DNA of 64,000 bases from the NCBI GenBank assembly GCA_964016885.1, contig OZ024742.1, forward strand, positions 17,670,001 through 17,734,000. Direction: 5' to 3'. A model generated the notes under the pieces. The model saw nothing but the letters and a program-made list of their open reading frames with translations. It was not told where the DNA came from and ran no database searches. This DNA is from Eledone cirrhosa (Eukaryota). A program made the translations under genes and the position numbers. Numbering within the stretch: the first letter of the stretch is position 1; the number at the start of each line of letters is the position of its first letter. Positions 14,042-27,174 of this stretch are shown piece after piece.

Positions 14042-14225
14042 ATTGTTTCTACTTTAGGCACAAGGCCAGCAATTACTCAGTGCATTACTGGTACTTTATT
14101 TTATCGACCCCGTAAGGATGAAAGGCAAAGTCAACCTCGGCGGGATTTGAACTCAGATCGTAAAAGGACGTAACTATGCTGGAAAGCATGGCGTCCGACC
14201 CTCTACCGATACTGCCAATCCACCA
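14042..14225 (-). mobile_element. tRNA-derived SINE family 2 (CORE-like body)
   Basis: Reverse complement has GAGTTCAAATCC B-box then GCCGAGGTTGACTTTGCCTTTCATCC..GGGTCGATAAAATAAAGTACCAG; second copy at 18631-18822. Confidence 0.8.
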
Positions 14226-14965
14226 TGAAAAGTTATAAAGGAGGAATGTAAACGCAGGACAATGCCAAGTTATATAAACTTAAGAAAATTAACAGAGGAC
14301 AAGACTATGAACGTAAAAACACTTTTTCAATGGGAAACCTTTAAAAATTATATTTTTAAATATAAACAGTGTTTTCTCGAAAAATCGAGTTGATGTGCGA
14401 GTGTATTAGAATTTATAGAATAATGAGAAACCCAACATTAGGATAGCTGCCAAAACAGTAAAATGGCGTCAATGAGGGTGTTGGGTATATAAACGAAAGA
14501 TACAGATCTTCAGGGTCATCGTCCGATGATGTGAACTTTGGCAGTTGCGACCCCTACCAACGGTACTGCTGGTTCATCCTAGGTCACTACGTCTGACACA
14601 AACCAAACGTTGTCCAGTGGAGTAAGAGACGAAAGACAAAACATTAATTTATAGCAATTAAGCTAGAACAAGTACACATAAAAGTGTGGTGCACGAGAAT
14701 CATGAATGAAACAAAGGAAAAAAGAAAGGAATATTCATGTGAGTATCGGTAACAAGGATGTTAATGCCATTCCCCGTCCAAGCAAGAATTGGCTCTGCAG
14801 ACACAATAACAGTGGTCCGCTTCATCATGTGGTCCTTTTTAAGGCAATCTTCTGCACCCTTCTTGTTGCAAACACGTTTAGTCGCTTCTAACGATACACA
14901 GGGATGCGCTATGTCTATTCTAAACAGGATATACTCACATACATATTCCTTCCAGCTCATGGCTC

Positions 14966-15005
14966 TCTGAGTTCAAATCCCACCGAGGTCAAATTTGCCT
15001 TTCAT
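14966..15005 (+). mobile_element. SINE family 2 fragment
   Basis: CTGAGTTCAAATCCCACCGAGGTCAAATTTGCCTTTCATC matches the reverse complement of 14117-14156. Confidence 0.6.
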
Positions 15006-15153
15006 CATCTCCTCTCTCTCACTATCTATCTTTCTCTGAAAGATATCTGCTGTACTTGGGCCGGGGGAGGTATGGGCTCCGCTAGGCTTAACATGCCCAA
15101 GAAACGCCGTGTGTCAATACGGCGCCCCTATGACTATCAGGAGTTACGGGACC

Positions 15154-15193
<40 letters not shown>

Positions 15194-15291
15194 ATGTGTG
15201 TGTGTGTGTGTGTGTGTGTCTAATGGTACCTAAGATGCTTCCATAGGCGGTATGCCGGTTGAGCACTCTATGCTCCTACGGAGCAGAGTAT

Positions 15292-15620
15292 TATAGAATG
15301 GAAAACGAAAAATCAGTGATGCATCGGAACTCAATTTATTGTGTTACAATTGTTTCCCCGGTGAACAGCTCGAGGTGCGATCTGTGTGTGGACCTACCTG
15401 ACTCTAGACTCGCAGATTCCTCGGACACGTCTATTGATTTCGGAGCATATCCTCCGAGCACATGCTCCGAAATCAATTGACATGTCCGAGGAACCTGCGA
15501 GTCTAGAGTCAGGTCGATCCACACACAGATCGCACCTCGAGCTGTTCACCGGGGAAACAATTGTAACACAATAAATTGAGTTCCGATGCATCACTGATTT
15601 TTAGTCGTTTTCCATTTATA
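15292..15620. repeat. ~330-bp palindrome (foldback element)
   Basis: Arms ATGGAAAACGA...TTTCGGAGCAT / ATGCTCCGAAA...TCGTTTTCCAT with 13-nt loop ATCCTCCGAGCAC; (CA)n and (TA)n follow. Confidence 0.95.
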
Positions 15621-15649
15621 CACGCATACATTCACACACACACACTATA

Positions 15650-15732
<83 letters not shown>

Positions 15733-16659
15733 GTGTGTGTGTGAATGTATGCGTGTATAAGTGTGTGTGCCACAGAAGCAGCTATATGCTTACATCTACA
15801 TCTATAGTATGTATGGCTTTAGAAATCGTTTGTCAATGTAGAAATCGTATCACCTCGGATTGCTGCTTAAAAGTAATGAATGGATTTCATTATATATTTG
15901 CCTACACAGCACGCATAAGAGATTATACTAAGGCGTGTATTGAACAGTTTCATGTTTAGTCACACATTGTGTACGAAAGAGATACAGAGGTGAAAAGTTA
16001 AAGTGAAAATTGAGGAGATAGAAGAATTAGCATTTGCTTTCCTGCAATTCTGCATTTATAATTTGTAAAGATATTTTTTCATTTTTTTTTTATTTTCGTT
16101 TTCTTTTTATTGCTTTCATACAAGAAATAATAATATTGTTGTTTTTAACCATGTTTCTCAACACAAACGAAATTCAACGAATTTTAACTTAAAATATGCA
16201 AATTATATACCACTTATGCGACATCTTAACTCAGTTTTTTTTACCGTACGTCTAACTCTCATTCTCTTACATGACTATAATAAACTTTATTACTCGAAAA
16301 TAGTTTTAGATTTTATTCTATTTTTCCAGCAATGTTTTACTGCCCTTATCGCGTATTTTTTGTTGAACACAAAGACAATAGCTCAACAATATTAATTAAA
16401 CGGACCTCAAGAACTACAAATAATTATCTAAAAACGAAACGATGCAAGTACCCATAAAATAATATGAATATCTTTGTGAATTGGTCAATAACACACACGT
16501 TCTTTCTGTCATTTTGTCTCTTTCTCTCACTCCTCCTCGATTCTTGTCTATCTATCTATCTCTATTTCTCTCCCGCCTTTTCTTACGTGCATACATTCAT
16601 ACATAGAACCATGCATATACTTTGGAAGGGTCATTAAAAACACACGCACCTGTTGGTTT

Positions 16660-16726
<67 letters not shown>

Positions 16727-16884
16727 ATACTTTGGGAGGGTCATGTTGCCAATAAGAAACACACGCACCAGTTGCTTTCACTTCAATTTATTATATATTT
16801 ATAAATTTATAAATTTACAAATCTACAAACTTATAAACTTCTGGTTGGTTGGTTGGTTCCACAACCAGATAGTTGTTTATATAT

Positions 16885-16929
16885 AGTCATAGTCCTTTCG
16901 TCACACACTCTGTGACCTCTTCAGTGACT
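16885..16929 (-). ncRNA. Minimal type-I hammerhead ribozyme
   Basis: Minus strand: AGTCA-CTGAAGA-G-GTCAC(agagtgt)GTGAC-GAAA-GGAC-TA^TGACT; 5-bp stem I, 5-bp stem II with one extra G, very short stem III. Confidence 0.75.
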
Positions 16930-17072
16930 GGGGATTCCTATCTTTGTTTCTGTGCCTTTCCTTTCTTCTGTCCTACGCCATTTTGTTTCTGTGTGTGTGT
17001 TGTGTTATTTATTTATTTATTTATTGTTGGTTGGTTGTTTGTTCTATGTGTGTGTGTGTTTTCATTTTGTCC

Positions 17073-17400
17073 TTAATTGTAAGTTGTGATGTTGCTGTTC
17101 CACTCATATTTTCTATTTAATTTTGGTTGTAATTCTTTTATGCTTACTGCCTCTGTAATTTGCCTAAACATTGCATCTTTTCTGAGTGTGGATTCTATTT
17201 TTATTTCTATGTTCTCTAATTTACCCCTGTGCTCTATCTTAGCATGTTGGTAGAGCACAGATGATTCTTTATTATCTTGAAGGTCTCGCCAGTGTTCATT
17301 TATTCGTTCCCCTATACTACGAGCTGTCTCACCTATGTACACTATATTTTTGTTTCTACATTGTCCTTCAGTACATCTTATGCTATACACTACATTTCTA
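17073..17400 (-). pseudogene. GIY-YIG endonuclease fragment of a Penelope-like element
   Basis: VYSIRC..C...IVYIGETARSIGERINEH...R...EAVSI....PKLN: YIG motif, catalytic R and E, terminal PxLN. Confidence 0.88.
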
Positions 17401-17888
17401 GTTTTACAGTTAATATGGGGGCTTATTTTACAGGTTATACATTTCTTATCTATACATGAGGGTATAGATGACTATATATAAACAACTATCTGGTTGTGGA
17501 ACCAACCAACCAACCAGAAGTTTATAAGTTTGTAGATTTGTAAATTTATAAATTTATAAATATATAATAAATTGAAGTGAAAGCAACTGGTGCGTGTGTT
17601 TCTTATTGGCAACGTGACCCTCCCAAAGTATAACAATATCGGTTTCAACACACGATTTCAGATAAAGAATCTTACTAAACAAATTCAGAAACGAAATATA
17701 TATATTTTCTGTTGTTCTCCTGTCTCACTCGCTTTACGCGTTTTAATTGTCCTAATAACTTATTTTGGTTATTATTGCACCGAAGTGAGATATATGATTT
17801 TTAATGCAATGAAATATCTATGATCTTCGGCAAATCACTGATGAGGGACGTATTTTATTACATGTTACCATGTGCTACCTGCAGTATT

Positions 17889-17993
<105 letters not shown>

Positions 17994-18371
17994 CCGACGT
18001 TTCCATTCGATTACGGGGGATGTCTTAGTCCTGTTTCTTTTCTGACACACCTCGTATAGTACCTCTGTATATTTTATCACTCTTTTATTGTACAGCTTTA
18101 TTGTTACAATGAACATATGCATATTGTAATGTTTCTATCATTTTATAACATTAAACTCCACAACCTCTTAGGTAATATATAAGACATCATTCTAAGTATT
18201 TTTCAAGCTATATCTGATTTTATTTCATTTCATTTCAACATCTTTCTGGGGAATTAAATTAATCCTCTCTTCTTCTTCTTCTTCTTCTTCTTCTTCTTCT
18301 TCTTCTTCTTCTTCTTCTTCTTCTTCTTCTTTTCTTCTTCTTCTTCTTCTTGTGAACGCTCAAGTATTTAT

Positions 18372-18522
18372 ATGTTGTCCAAGTGAAAAGCAAATGCTGA
18401 TACAGCTTGGCACCAATGACGTCGCAACTCACTTCTACAGCTGAGTGAACTGGAGCAATGCGAAATGAAGTGTCTTGCTCAAGAACACAACACACAACCC
18501 AGCCAAGGAATCGAACCCACAA
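18372..18522 (-). mobile_element. tRNA-derived SINE family 1, partial
   Basis: Reverse complement GGTTCGATTCC...GTGTTCTTGAGCAAGACAC...ACTCAGCTGTAGAAG; lies next to (TTC)n at 18269-18351. Confidence 0.75.
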
Positions 18523-18630
18523 CACTATTCACAGGGAAATTGCTTCTACAGGACTAGAACTTTTTCATTCGTATGAAATCATCATACGAATGAAACATTC
18601 TAGCCCTGCAGAAGCAATTTCTATATTAAA

Positions 18631-18822
18631 TAATTGTTTCTACTTTTGGCACAAGGCCAGCAATTATCCCAGTACATTACTGGTACTTTATTTTATCGAC
18701 CGCAAAAAGACGAAAGGCAAAGTTAACATCGGCGGGATTTGAACTCAGATCATAAAGGGCCGTAACTCTTTGCTGCAAAGCATCACGTCCGATCCTCTAC
18801 TGATACTGCCAATCCGCTGCCC
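18631..18822 (-). mobile_element. tRNA-derived SINE family 2
   Basis: Collinear with 14042-14225. Confidence 0.8.
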
Positions 18823-18830
18823 TATATATA

Positions 18831-19025
18831 TAATGAAGGAAGTGTGGTAAGGAACCAGGTGGACCATAACGCACCAGAGTACTCGATACTTTGGGTAGTA
18901 GAGTGGGTAATAGGAAAAGTTTAGGACCCCGACGGCAGAGCTCAAGCCGTTTCGACGGCTATTTCTGGACAGAAATAGCTGTCGAAACGGCTTGAGCTCT
19001 GCCGTCGGGGTCCTGAACCTTTTCT

Positions 19026-19026
<1 letters not shown>
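18831..19026 (-). mobile_element. Truncated copy of the 38.0-38.2 kb ribozyme element with a ~95-bp palindrome
   Basis: 18831-18970 is the reverse complement of 38060-38198; palindrome AGGACCCCGACGGC...TTTCTG-GA-CAGAAA...GCCGTCGGGGTCCT centred at 18968-18969; TA on both sides. Confidence 0.85.
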
Positions 19027-19102
<76 letters not shown>

Positions 19103-20329
19103 CCTTATGTGTGTTTTTGAGTGTATCCGTTTATATATGTTAGTACATAGAATATTAGTACCGGCAGTGTTTCTAAAAATGTCGGCATATTTCGAGTATT
19201 GTATAGTTTAAATATGTGTATCTATGAATATCAATGATTAGAAAGAGTTTCCATTAGACATTATGTCATATTTTGAAGTTAATATGTAAAGATTCTCCAA
19301 ACGTCCATATCTTGAGTACTGAATCAACCATATTTGAAGAAATATTTGAAAATGCCCGATAAGTGGTTATTCGAGTGAGTAGTGAATGCCATTTTTGTTA
19401 TTTTCATTAAAGTCCAATATAATTGCCTACTAACGAAAAGCGAATATTTCATTGTGCCGTTTGACAAATTCTCAATTTTGCTGATGACTACTTTCTAAAG
19501 TAGAAAACTAATTTTTCTATGGATAGAAGATGTAGGCGTCTGATTGCATATACACATATTCTTATATTCATTTTCTCGATTCAGAATGATGTGTAATCCA
19601 ATTACGATTCCTGCAGAATTTGATTTCAGAGTCATTATAATCGAAGATATTCATGGAAATGCATTTCACCTGGCTTATTGCTTGCTTCATATATCTATCT
19701 CTTCCACTTTAGCTGAATGTCTTAATATTCGTATCTTTTTTCATTTGTTTTTAATATAACGGTTTGATGTTTCGTCCTCAAATGCTCAAATGCTGATGTT
19801 GTGTCGTGTTCAATGAAAGGCTTTAAACACATTTTTTATTAAATTAATCATTTCTTCTCGATAAAGAAACAATGAGCTAATGAATTGGTAAATGAAACAT
19901 TGACAAATGTTCAGATCGTCTTAATAAAACAATAGATATTCGCCAGTTATAGCAAAAGGCATACATAAAAGATAATAGAATATTGTATAATATATAATGT
20001 GGAAAATGATGTAGACAATGTGAAATGGATGGTAAAATGAAGGCAACGAAAAGGTTAGTTCCCTGGTATTTATCATTATTGTTTTTTTTTTCTTTCGCCC
20101 TAATATTTCGGAACTTAAAAATCCCTAATTCAGAGTATGAGGAACTCTCAGAGCAAAATGTTCCGGTTTTATCGCTTGTATTCGCGACCGTATTCTTTCG
20201 ATCGTTACTCAAGATTCATGACCATAGCTAATGGTTGGCACGAATATAGAATTGAAAGTAGCGAGTTTGGTGTTTATGCCTACCTCCCTTCTTCCAATTA
20301 CCAAATACTGAAGCTGGCGCATTACTGCA

Positions 20330-21530
20330 CCAGCTCCTGCAATTCTTACACTTAATTCAGCCTCCTACCTTTCATCACTCATGAACATGCCCCGGATACT
20401 TGAACGTCTCTATCTGCTTCAGTGGAACTCCATTCACATGTAGAGTGCACTACGCAGGCTTCCTTCAGTGAACGAGTGTCTCAGTTTTCGCAACACTGAT
20501 TTTCATTCCAGCCATGCAGCTCTAGACCTATCAAGTGCAAGTTGGAGATCTTCAGTGAAGTTAAGTAATACCATGTCATCTGCAAATTCCAGCTGACTGA
20601 TTTTACACCCACCAGTCGTGATACCACTTCTAACCCTGCTGAACATCTCAATCCTGTTCATGAAATTAATGAACAGGAGAGGTGAAAGTACACACCCTTG
20701 CCGTAGTCCTACTCCCACATTGAATGGTTTCGACATTTATCTGAACACAGAAACCTAGGCATTTGTAAAGAGACATCAGGGCAACAAGAACCTGGCCATC
20801 GATCCCATACTCCTGCACAACCTTCCACAACAGGTCCCGAGGAAAGTGATCATGTGCCTTTTCAAGGTCTACAAAACACGAATATACCTCTTGGCAATAC
20901 TCCCACGATTTCTCGAAGACCTGCCGAGTTGTGAATATTTGATTGGCTGTATTGCGTCCGGGACGAAAACCACACTGTTCATCAACTAACTTGACCTCGA
21001 CAATCTTCCTGCATTTCTTTACCAGACACTTAGCATGGATTGTACCGGGTAGGTTTAACAAGGAGATCCCTCTGAAAGTGCAACAATCTCTATTGTCTTC
21101 CTTTTTGAAAATTGGGATTATCATGCCCGATTGCCATTGCTTATGTGCCTTTCCAGAGATCCAGGCCACCCGGCACTCACGAGTCAGCCAAAAGACACCT
21201 TCTCTATTTAAGGCTTTTAACATCTCGAGCCGGATTTTATTTTCTCCAGTGGCTGTGCCACATTTGAGCTCTTTAACTGCTCTTGTGAACTCAGCCTCTG
21301 GGAGATTAGTCACCACTCCCAGATGCACCTCGTGTACATCCAAAGATGCTGTTGTAATCGGATTTAGGAGATCAGCAAAGCTTTCTCTTCGCCTCATGAG
21401 GATGCACTTTCTGAAGAGAGAACCCCAGACAGCAGATGTGGAGGAGGGCTTCTTATTATGGAGTCGGTGGATGGTCTGCCAGAACACTTTATTTGCTGAT
21501 CTGAAGTCGGATTCCAGCTTCTTCCTGTAA
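20330..21530 (-). pseudogene. RTE-clade LINE fragment (degraded reverse transcriptase)
   Basis: ANKVFWQTI...PIFKK...RGISLL...EQCGFRPGR...CFVDLEKA, then after a frameshift GLRQGCVLSPLLF...FADD. Confidence 0.88.
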
Positions 21531-21999
21531 TATGTAGAGCGATATAAGGCTTTGCACGATTCATATTTAACTTCCGATTCGATATACTGTCGGGTCCCAA
21601 ATAATAGGGAGATCATCGGGCGTGGAATAAGTGAGGGGTTTGGAAGTGGGGTGTTGGAATAAGTGCGGGGGAGGGGTCGGTAATTTGTCGGTGATATTTT
21701 AAAAGCCAGAATTAGACGTTTAGTTTACATAATGAGACCCCCAACCCACTCTATTTATTTTATAACGTATGAGATTTTTAGTAATGTACTTTTTTGTCAT
21801 GTATAATGTTTTATAATGTCTAAAGAAAATTAAGTGTCGCAGGAATGCTACCACTTAAAATAAGATTTCGCCGGAGATAGATTAGCAATATTAAATGCCC
21901 TGTTCATATGTATTGAGTGGTCATTCAGCTAATAGTTAGACGTTCTATGTAGACTTATAAGTAAAACACACTATTCAGTATATGTATATATATGTACGT

Positions 22000-22030
<31 letters not shown>

Positions 22031-22037
22031 TACATAA

Positions 22038-22118
<81 letters not shown>

Positions 22119-22467
22119 AGTGTGTGTGTAAGTATGCGAGAAATAAAATTCTAACTGTATTCATATATATATATATGTGTGTGTGTATGAGTGTATGTGT
22201 CAATTTGTGTGTGTAACGTTATATCTTAATATGTATATAACGTTATAACCGAGACTGCAGTAATGTGTATATAATTATACAACACATATCTAATATGTAG
22301 CCATGTAAATATGCCAGAAAATATTAATTTCCATATAAATTGAAAAAATTCTAAACACATTTAATCGAGTCTCGGTTATCCAATTTGTATGTATACAGAT
22401 AAAACTTTATCACACACCTCGGCTGCTAGTGCACTTATTAATATACACACCTCACACACACATAAAC

Positions 22468-22504
<37 letters not shown>

Positions 22505-22644
22505 GAGAGAGAGGGAGAGAGAGAGGGGGGGATACATATGTGGGAGTATGATTCACTCCAAGTAACAATGGATTGAATCCCAAACAACTTATATGTGTTT
22601 AAATAGACGGACGGGCTGACGGACAAACAATCAAACATACATAC

Positions 22645-25105
22645 AGATATCTTTCTTTATTTGCCACAGGGGCGTACACAAATGGGACATTACAAGACGT
22701 GACGGCGGGGGTTTTACATGAAAATAACTTTAACATTAATAAATAACAATAAACTATATATAATAAAGTAACAATTGAAATCTCCAATAGGGGGGAACGT
22801 TACTGCAGGGTTGTTTTACACCCCGTGGATAGAACAACCCTCAACACCAGGAACACGTTTTGTAGGTGTTCCCGTCTTCCCTCTGTTTATCTTCCTCAAC
22901 CTACAGGTTTATATACAGAGAAGGCCCATTCACTCGGGCCATTTTTGCCACATTCACCCACCTTTCAGCGAATTTACTGGGGTGTAGCACCTCTCTCTCC
23001 ACTCTCACCTCCCTTCTGAAATGATACTTAAAGAAGGGGATAAGTTGTTGTCCAGAGAGAAAGGTGTCTGCCCTCAGTCCTTTTAACCTCGTCCACCATA
23101 TTACCTCTTTCGCCATAGCCACCAGACAGAGGAAAACCGCCTCTCCTTCGTTCTTAAATGAAGGCGGCGGGATGATCCTCACGATGGACTCGGCTGACAA
23201 CTGGATGCGTCCCACACGTGACAGTAGCTGTTCGACATAATTCCACAGGTCGGTCAGCCCTGGGCACTGAACAATTGCGTACAGAACGGTTTCGATGTCC
23301 TGCTCGCATCTTGGACAGGTCCTTTTGGCAGGATCTCTGCCAGGGCGTCCGTGCCTGTAGATTTTGTCTCGAACTAGTAGAGCTCCTCGGTAGCACTGCC
23401 AGGCCAGAGACCTCTGGAAGTTATCAATAGGCCCTGGACGGAAAGTCCTCCCGAACAGACTGGTCAGTTCGTCCTCCTCTATGCCTAGAGTTTCCCTGAG
23501 AACGTCGTCGCACTTATCCTCCACTAATCCCCTATAGAATGTCGAAGTGGGGTCTCCGCTGATTGCCGTTCCGCTTGGTAGAGGGTTGTGAGCGCATGTA
23601 GGCACTCGAGGTGCCATGCACCCATTTTCGGTCTTCGCTTGATCCAGGACTGCAGCTCTGTTAGTGAGACGAGTTGTGGAAGAGCTTGTCTCACAAACGA
23701 CAGCCACACCGGTTCACCGGTCAGGAATACCTGGAGATGGCGTAGCCTCAGTGCGTGTTTGCGCATCATCAGCCACGGCATGCCCAGCCCTCCGTTAGAA
23801 GGGTTTTGACAGCAGATGGATCTCCTCACCAATGGAACCTGTCTTTTCCAGAGGAACTTGAAGAGTAGGCGTTCCATTTTGGTAAGGTATTCGCGGGGGC
23901 AAGGCACGACTGTCAAGCGGTAGTAGATGACGGACGCTCGACCTTTCATGGAGAGTTTGCACTCAGCCCACTTCTGAGTGAGTGCAAACACCTTCGCCGT
24001 GACCTCGTTCCAGTTCTTGTCTACCTGGAGGTCTGGATCAAACCAGACCCCGAGCAATTTCACCGGTCCTTCCGTCCAGCGTCCAACGACACTTACGGAA
24101 GGCATGGGTTTGCCTCTCCAGTTGCCGAGTTGCAAACCGACAGACTTGTTTGGGTTTAGTCTTGCTCCTGTCAACGTTTCGTATTCCTGTAATAGGTTGC
24201 CGATTACCCTGATTTCCGATGTTTTCGACACCATTACGGTTATGTCATCGGCATAGGCCGACGCTGCTTTCCGCAGTCCTGGTTCGATCGGGATGCCCTG
24301 CAACAGCTCCAACTTCCGCAGTAACGGCTCGAGAGTCAGTACATACAGAATGGAGGAGAGAGGGCATCCCTGACGGATGAAACGCATGATTTGGAATGGC
24401 TCTGATAGGTAGCCATTCACCTAGACTGCCGAGCAGATGCTGGTGTACATGGCAGCGATCCAGCCTCTGAAGATGGGACGGAAGCCGGCCGCCTTGAGAA
24501 CTGCTTCCAAGTATTGATGATCGACCCTATCAAATGCCTTAGACTGATCTAAATTGATCAGAGCCCCACCGAAGCCAGGTTTACACCCTACCCTCTCTAT
24601 GATGTATCGCATGAGGTGGAAGTTGTCGTGTATGGACCTGGTCGGGATTGAACACGTTTGCGCTTCCCCTACCAGGTTCTCGATGACAAGCGCCAGCCTC
24701 GCTGCTAACACCTTGGCCAAAATCTTTAACTCTGTGTTCAGCAGAGTTATAGGCCTGAAATTTCTTATCTCATCCCCCTTGTTCTCATCTTTCCTGATCA
24801 GCGTTACTACGCCTCTGCCTACAGAACTGGGAATCCTCCTGTTCTGCTGCCAACTACAGTAGACCGCTTCGAGGACGCCAGAGAACAAGTCTCATAGGGT
24901 AGATCATCTAAAGCAGGTGATTTGCGTTTCCCGCAGCGGCCTATGGCATCTTCTATTTCGCCCGATGTGATCGGCCTCTCTGCAATTGTGCCCGAGAGTC
25001 GTGGTACGCCATCGAGGTAGGAGCTGAAGTCCACCACCTCGCTCTATGTACCGCTTTGCCCGAACAGTTGTGCAAAATGCTGCTGGAAGGCCGTGCACAT
25101 CTGCT
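22645..25105 (-). mobile_element. 5'-truncated Tx1/L1-like LINE (ORF2 pseudogene + 3'UTR)
   Basis: Fragmented ORFs with FRPITLLN, DQSKAFDRV, QGCPLS, YADD and CPRC..zinc finger, homologous to 52539-55958; AATAAA at the 3' end. Confidence 0.93.
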
Positions 25106-25119
25106 TGGATTCAAGATAC

Positions 25120-25154
<35 letters not shown>

Positions 25155-25164
25155 CAGATAGATA

Positions 25165-25999
25165 CATTTCTTTATTAGCCACAAGGGCACAAAAGAAGGG
25201 GACAAATACAAATGGGGAGTTTACATACAGGTATATGAAAATAAAACTATTAATAAAATAACAAATAACAATTGAAATCCCCAATAGGGGGGAGGCGTTA
25301 CACAGGGGTTGTACACACCCCGAAAAAATGTACAACCCTCATCTCCAGGAGCACAAAGAGTGAGTACCCCCCCTCCTCTCTTTCTCTTTTTCCTCAACCT
25401 ACAGGATTATATAGAGAGAAGGCCCAACCACTCCGGCTATCTTTGCCACATTCACCCACCTTTTATAAACTTTGCTGTGGTACAGAACCTCTCTCTCCAT
25501 CCTGATTCTTCTTCCAAAATGATATTTGAAAAAATGAATCAGTTGTTCGCCGGAGAGAAAGGTGTCTGACCTCAGCCCTTTTAACCTCGTCCACCATACA
25601 ACCTATTTCGCCATAGCTATCACACAAAGGAAAACCGCCTCTCCTTCGTTTTTGAAGGAGGGTGGCGGTTTGATCATGACAATTGACTCGGTGGTCAACC
25701 GGATTGGTCCCACCCGCGACAATAGTCGTTCTACATAGCCCCACAGGTCGGTAACGCCCGGGCAGTGTATGAATGCGTGCGCGACGGTTTCTTCGTCTCG
25801 CACGCATCTCGGACAGATCTTTTTCGAAGAGTCGCTGCCCGTGCGCCCATATCTGTAGAGCTTGTCTCGAACGGTCAGCGAGACGAGTCGTGGGAAGGCT
25901 CGCCTCACGAACGGGGCCCACACCGGTTGTCCGGTGAGGAATACGTGGAGGTGCCGCAGCCTGAGTGTGTGTTTGAACATCGTCAGGCACGGCATCCCC
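25165..25999 (-). mobile_element. Short 3' fragment of a Tx1/L1-like LINE embedded in (GATA)n
   Basis: LRLRHL...VRDKLYR...CPRC..H..C, with an internal deletion near 25875; (GATA)n at 25115-25163 and 26000-26066. Confidence 0.9.
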
Positions 26000-26066
<67 letters not shown>

Positions 26067-26583
26067 AAGGTAGATAGAAAAATAGATGTACATTATTCCT
26101 TTAACATGTTCCTTTGAGTAATCTACATGCAAAGATAAAGACTGAAAACAAAAGGGAAATAGAAATTAGCTGATAAACTATCAGTTAAGACAACAACAAA
26201 AACAAAAAACTACAACAATAACAAGAACAACATCAATGACGATATGATGATGAAGTAGAGGAAAGGGAGCTGCACTAGGGGCAGTAAACCCAATCTAATT
26301 TTTGAAAGAGAAAGAAAATAGAAAACCAAAATGGAAGCCAATAGTGAATCGGATGACATGCCTATTAGGAATATATATAAAAATATAATAAATACCACAA
26401 GAATGTATAATAGATGAGAAATGTTTACTTGAACGAAGAATTCTGTCGTCCATATTTAGAGGGAAACTTTCACTTCACCATTTGGTTTCACTTAATAAAG
26501 GGCCGGGAGGAAATGGAAAATGCTAGATTGATGAATCTGGGAGAAGTAGATTCTCTGGTTTTTACTTATTTAGTTATCACAGC

Positions 26584-26680
<97 letters not shown>

Positions 26681-26682
<2 letters not shown>

Positions 26683-26738
26683 AACCAGTAAGACCCCGAC
26701 AGCTGAGCTCAAGCCGTTTCGACGGCTAATTCTGGACT
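26681..26738 (-). mobile_element. 58-bp fragment of the 38.0-38.1 kb ribozyme element between TA tracts
   Basis: Reverse complement of 38060-38117 (GTCCAGAATTAGCCGTCGAAACGGC...GTCGGGGTCTTAC). Confidence 0.8.
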
Positions 26739-26759
26739 ATATATATATATATATATATA

Positions 26760-27172
26760 TATAAAAGTTTACATATATATATACATACATATACATATAC
26801 GTGTTTTGCAACAGGTCACTTTGTGGCTCAAAGAAAAATTAATAAATTAAACAATCAGCTATATATCATAAAACATATCTATAGAATCACAAGATAAAAT
26901 ATATACTATTTCCTCTCCCAATTAGCATAATTAACTATATAAAAAATCGAATAGACCAGGCTATAAGAATGGGGCTTCTATTTTTTATATAGTTAATTAT
27001 GCTAATTGGGAGAGGAAATAGTATATATTTTATCTTGTGATTCTATAGACATGTTTTATGATATATAGCTCTGATTGTTTAATTTATTAATTTTTCATTG
27101 AGCCACAAAGTGACCTGTTGCAAAACACGTATATGTATATGTATGTATATATATATGTAAACATTTATATAT
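26760..27172. repeat. ~410-bp palindrome with 32-nt loop
   Basis: Arms ~26760-26947 and ~26980-27172; loop plus part of the arm recur at 27605-27720. Confidence 0.93.
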
Positions 27173-27174
27173 AA

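Larger units (their letters stand above)
16720..17639 (-). mobile_element. 5'-truncated Penelope-like element with 170-bp inverted terminal repeats
   Basis: Inverted repeats 16720-16890 and 17468-17639 enclose a GIY-YIG C-terminal fragment and a hammerhead fold; abuts (TA)n. Confidence 0.88.

Noticed and set aside
17810-17850. Permuted hammerhead GAAA..TA-TGAT..ATCA-CTGATGA
   Set aside because: No stem II partner and stem III does not pair.
19481-19515. CTGATGA + hairpin + AAAA
   Set aside because: Stems I and III absent; the G of GAAA is used by the hairpin.
20025-20355. Possible type II membrane protein start
   Set aside because: Needs a frameshift, has no recognisable motif and no splice signals; cannot be supported.
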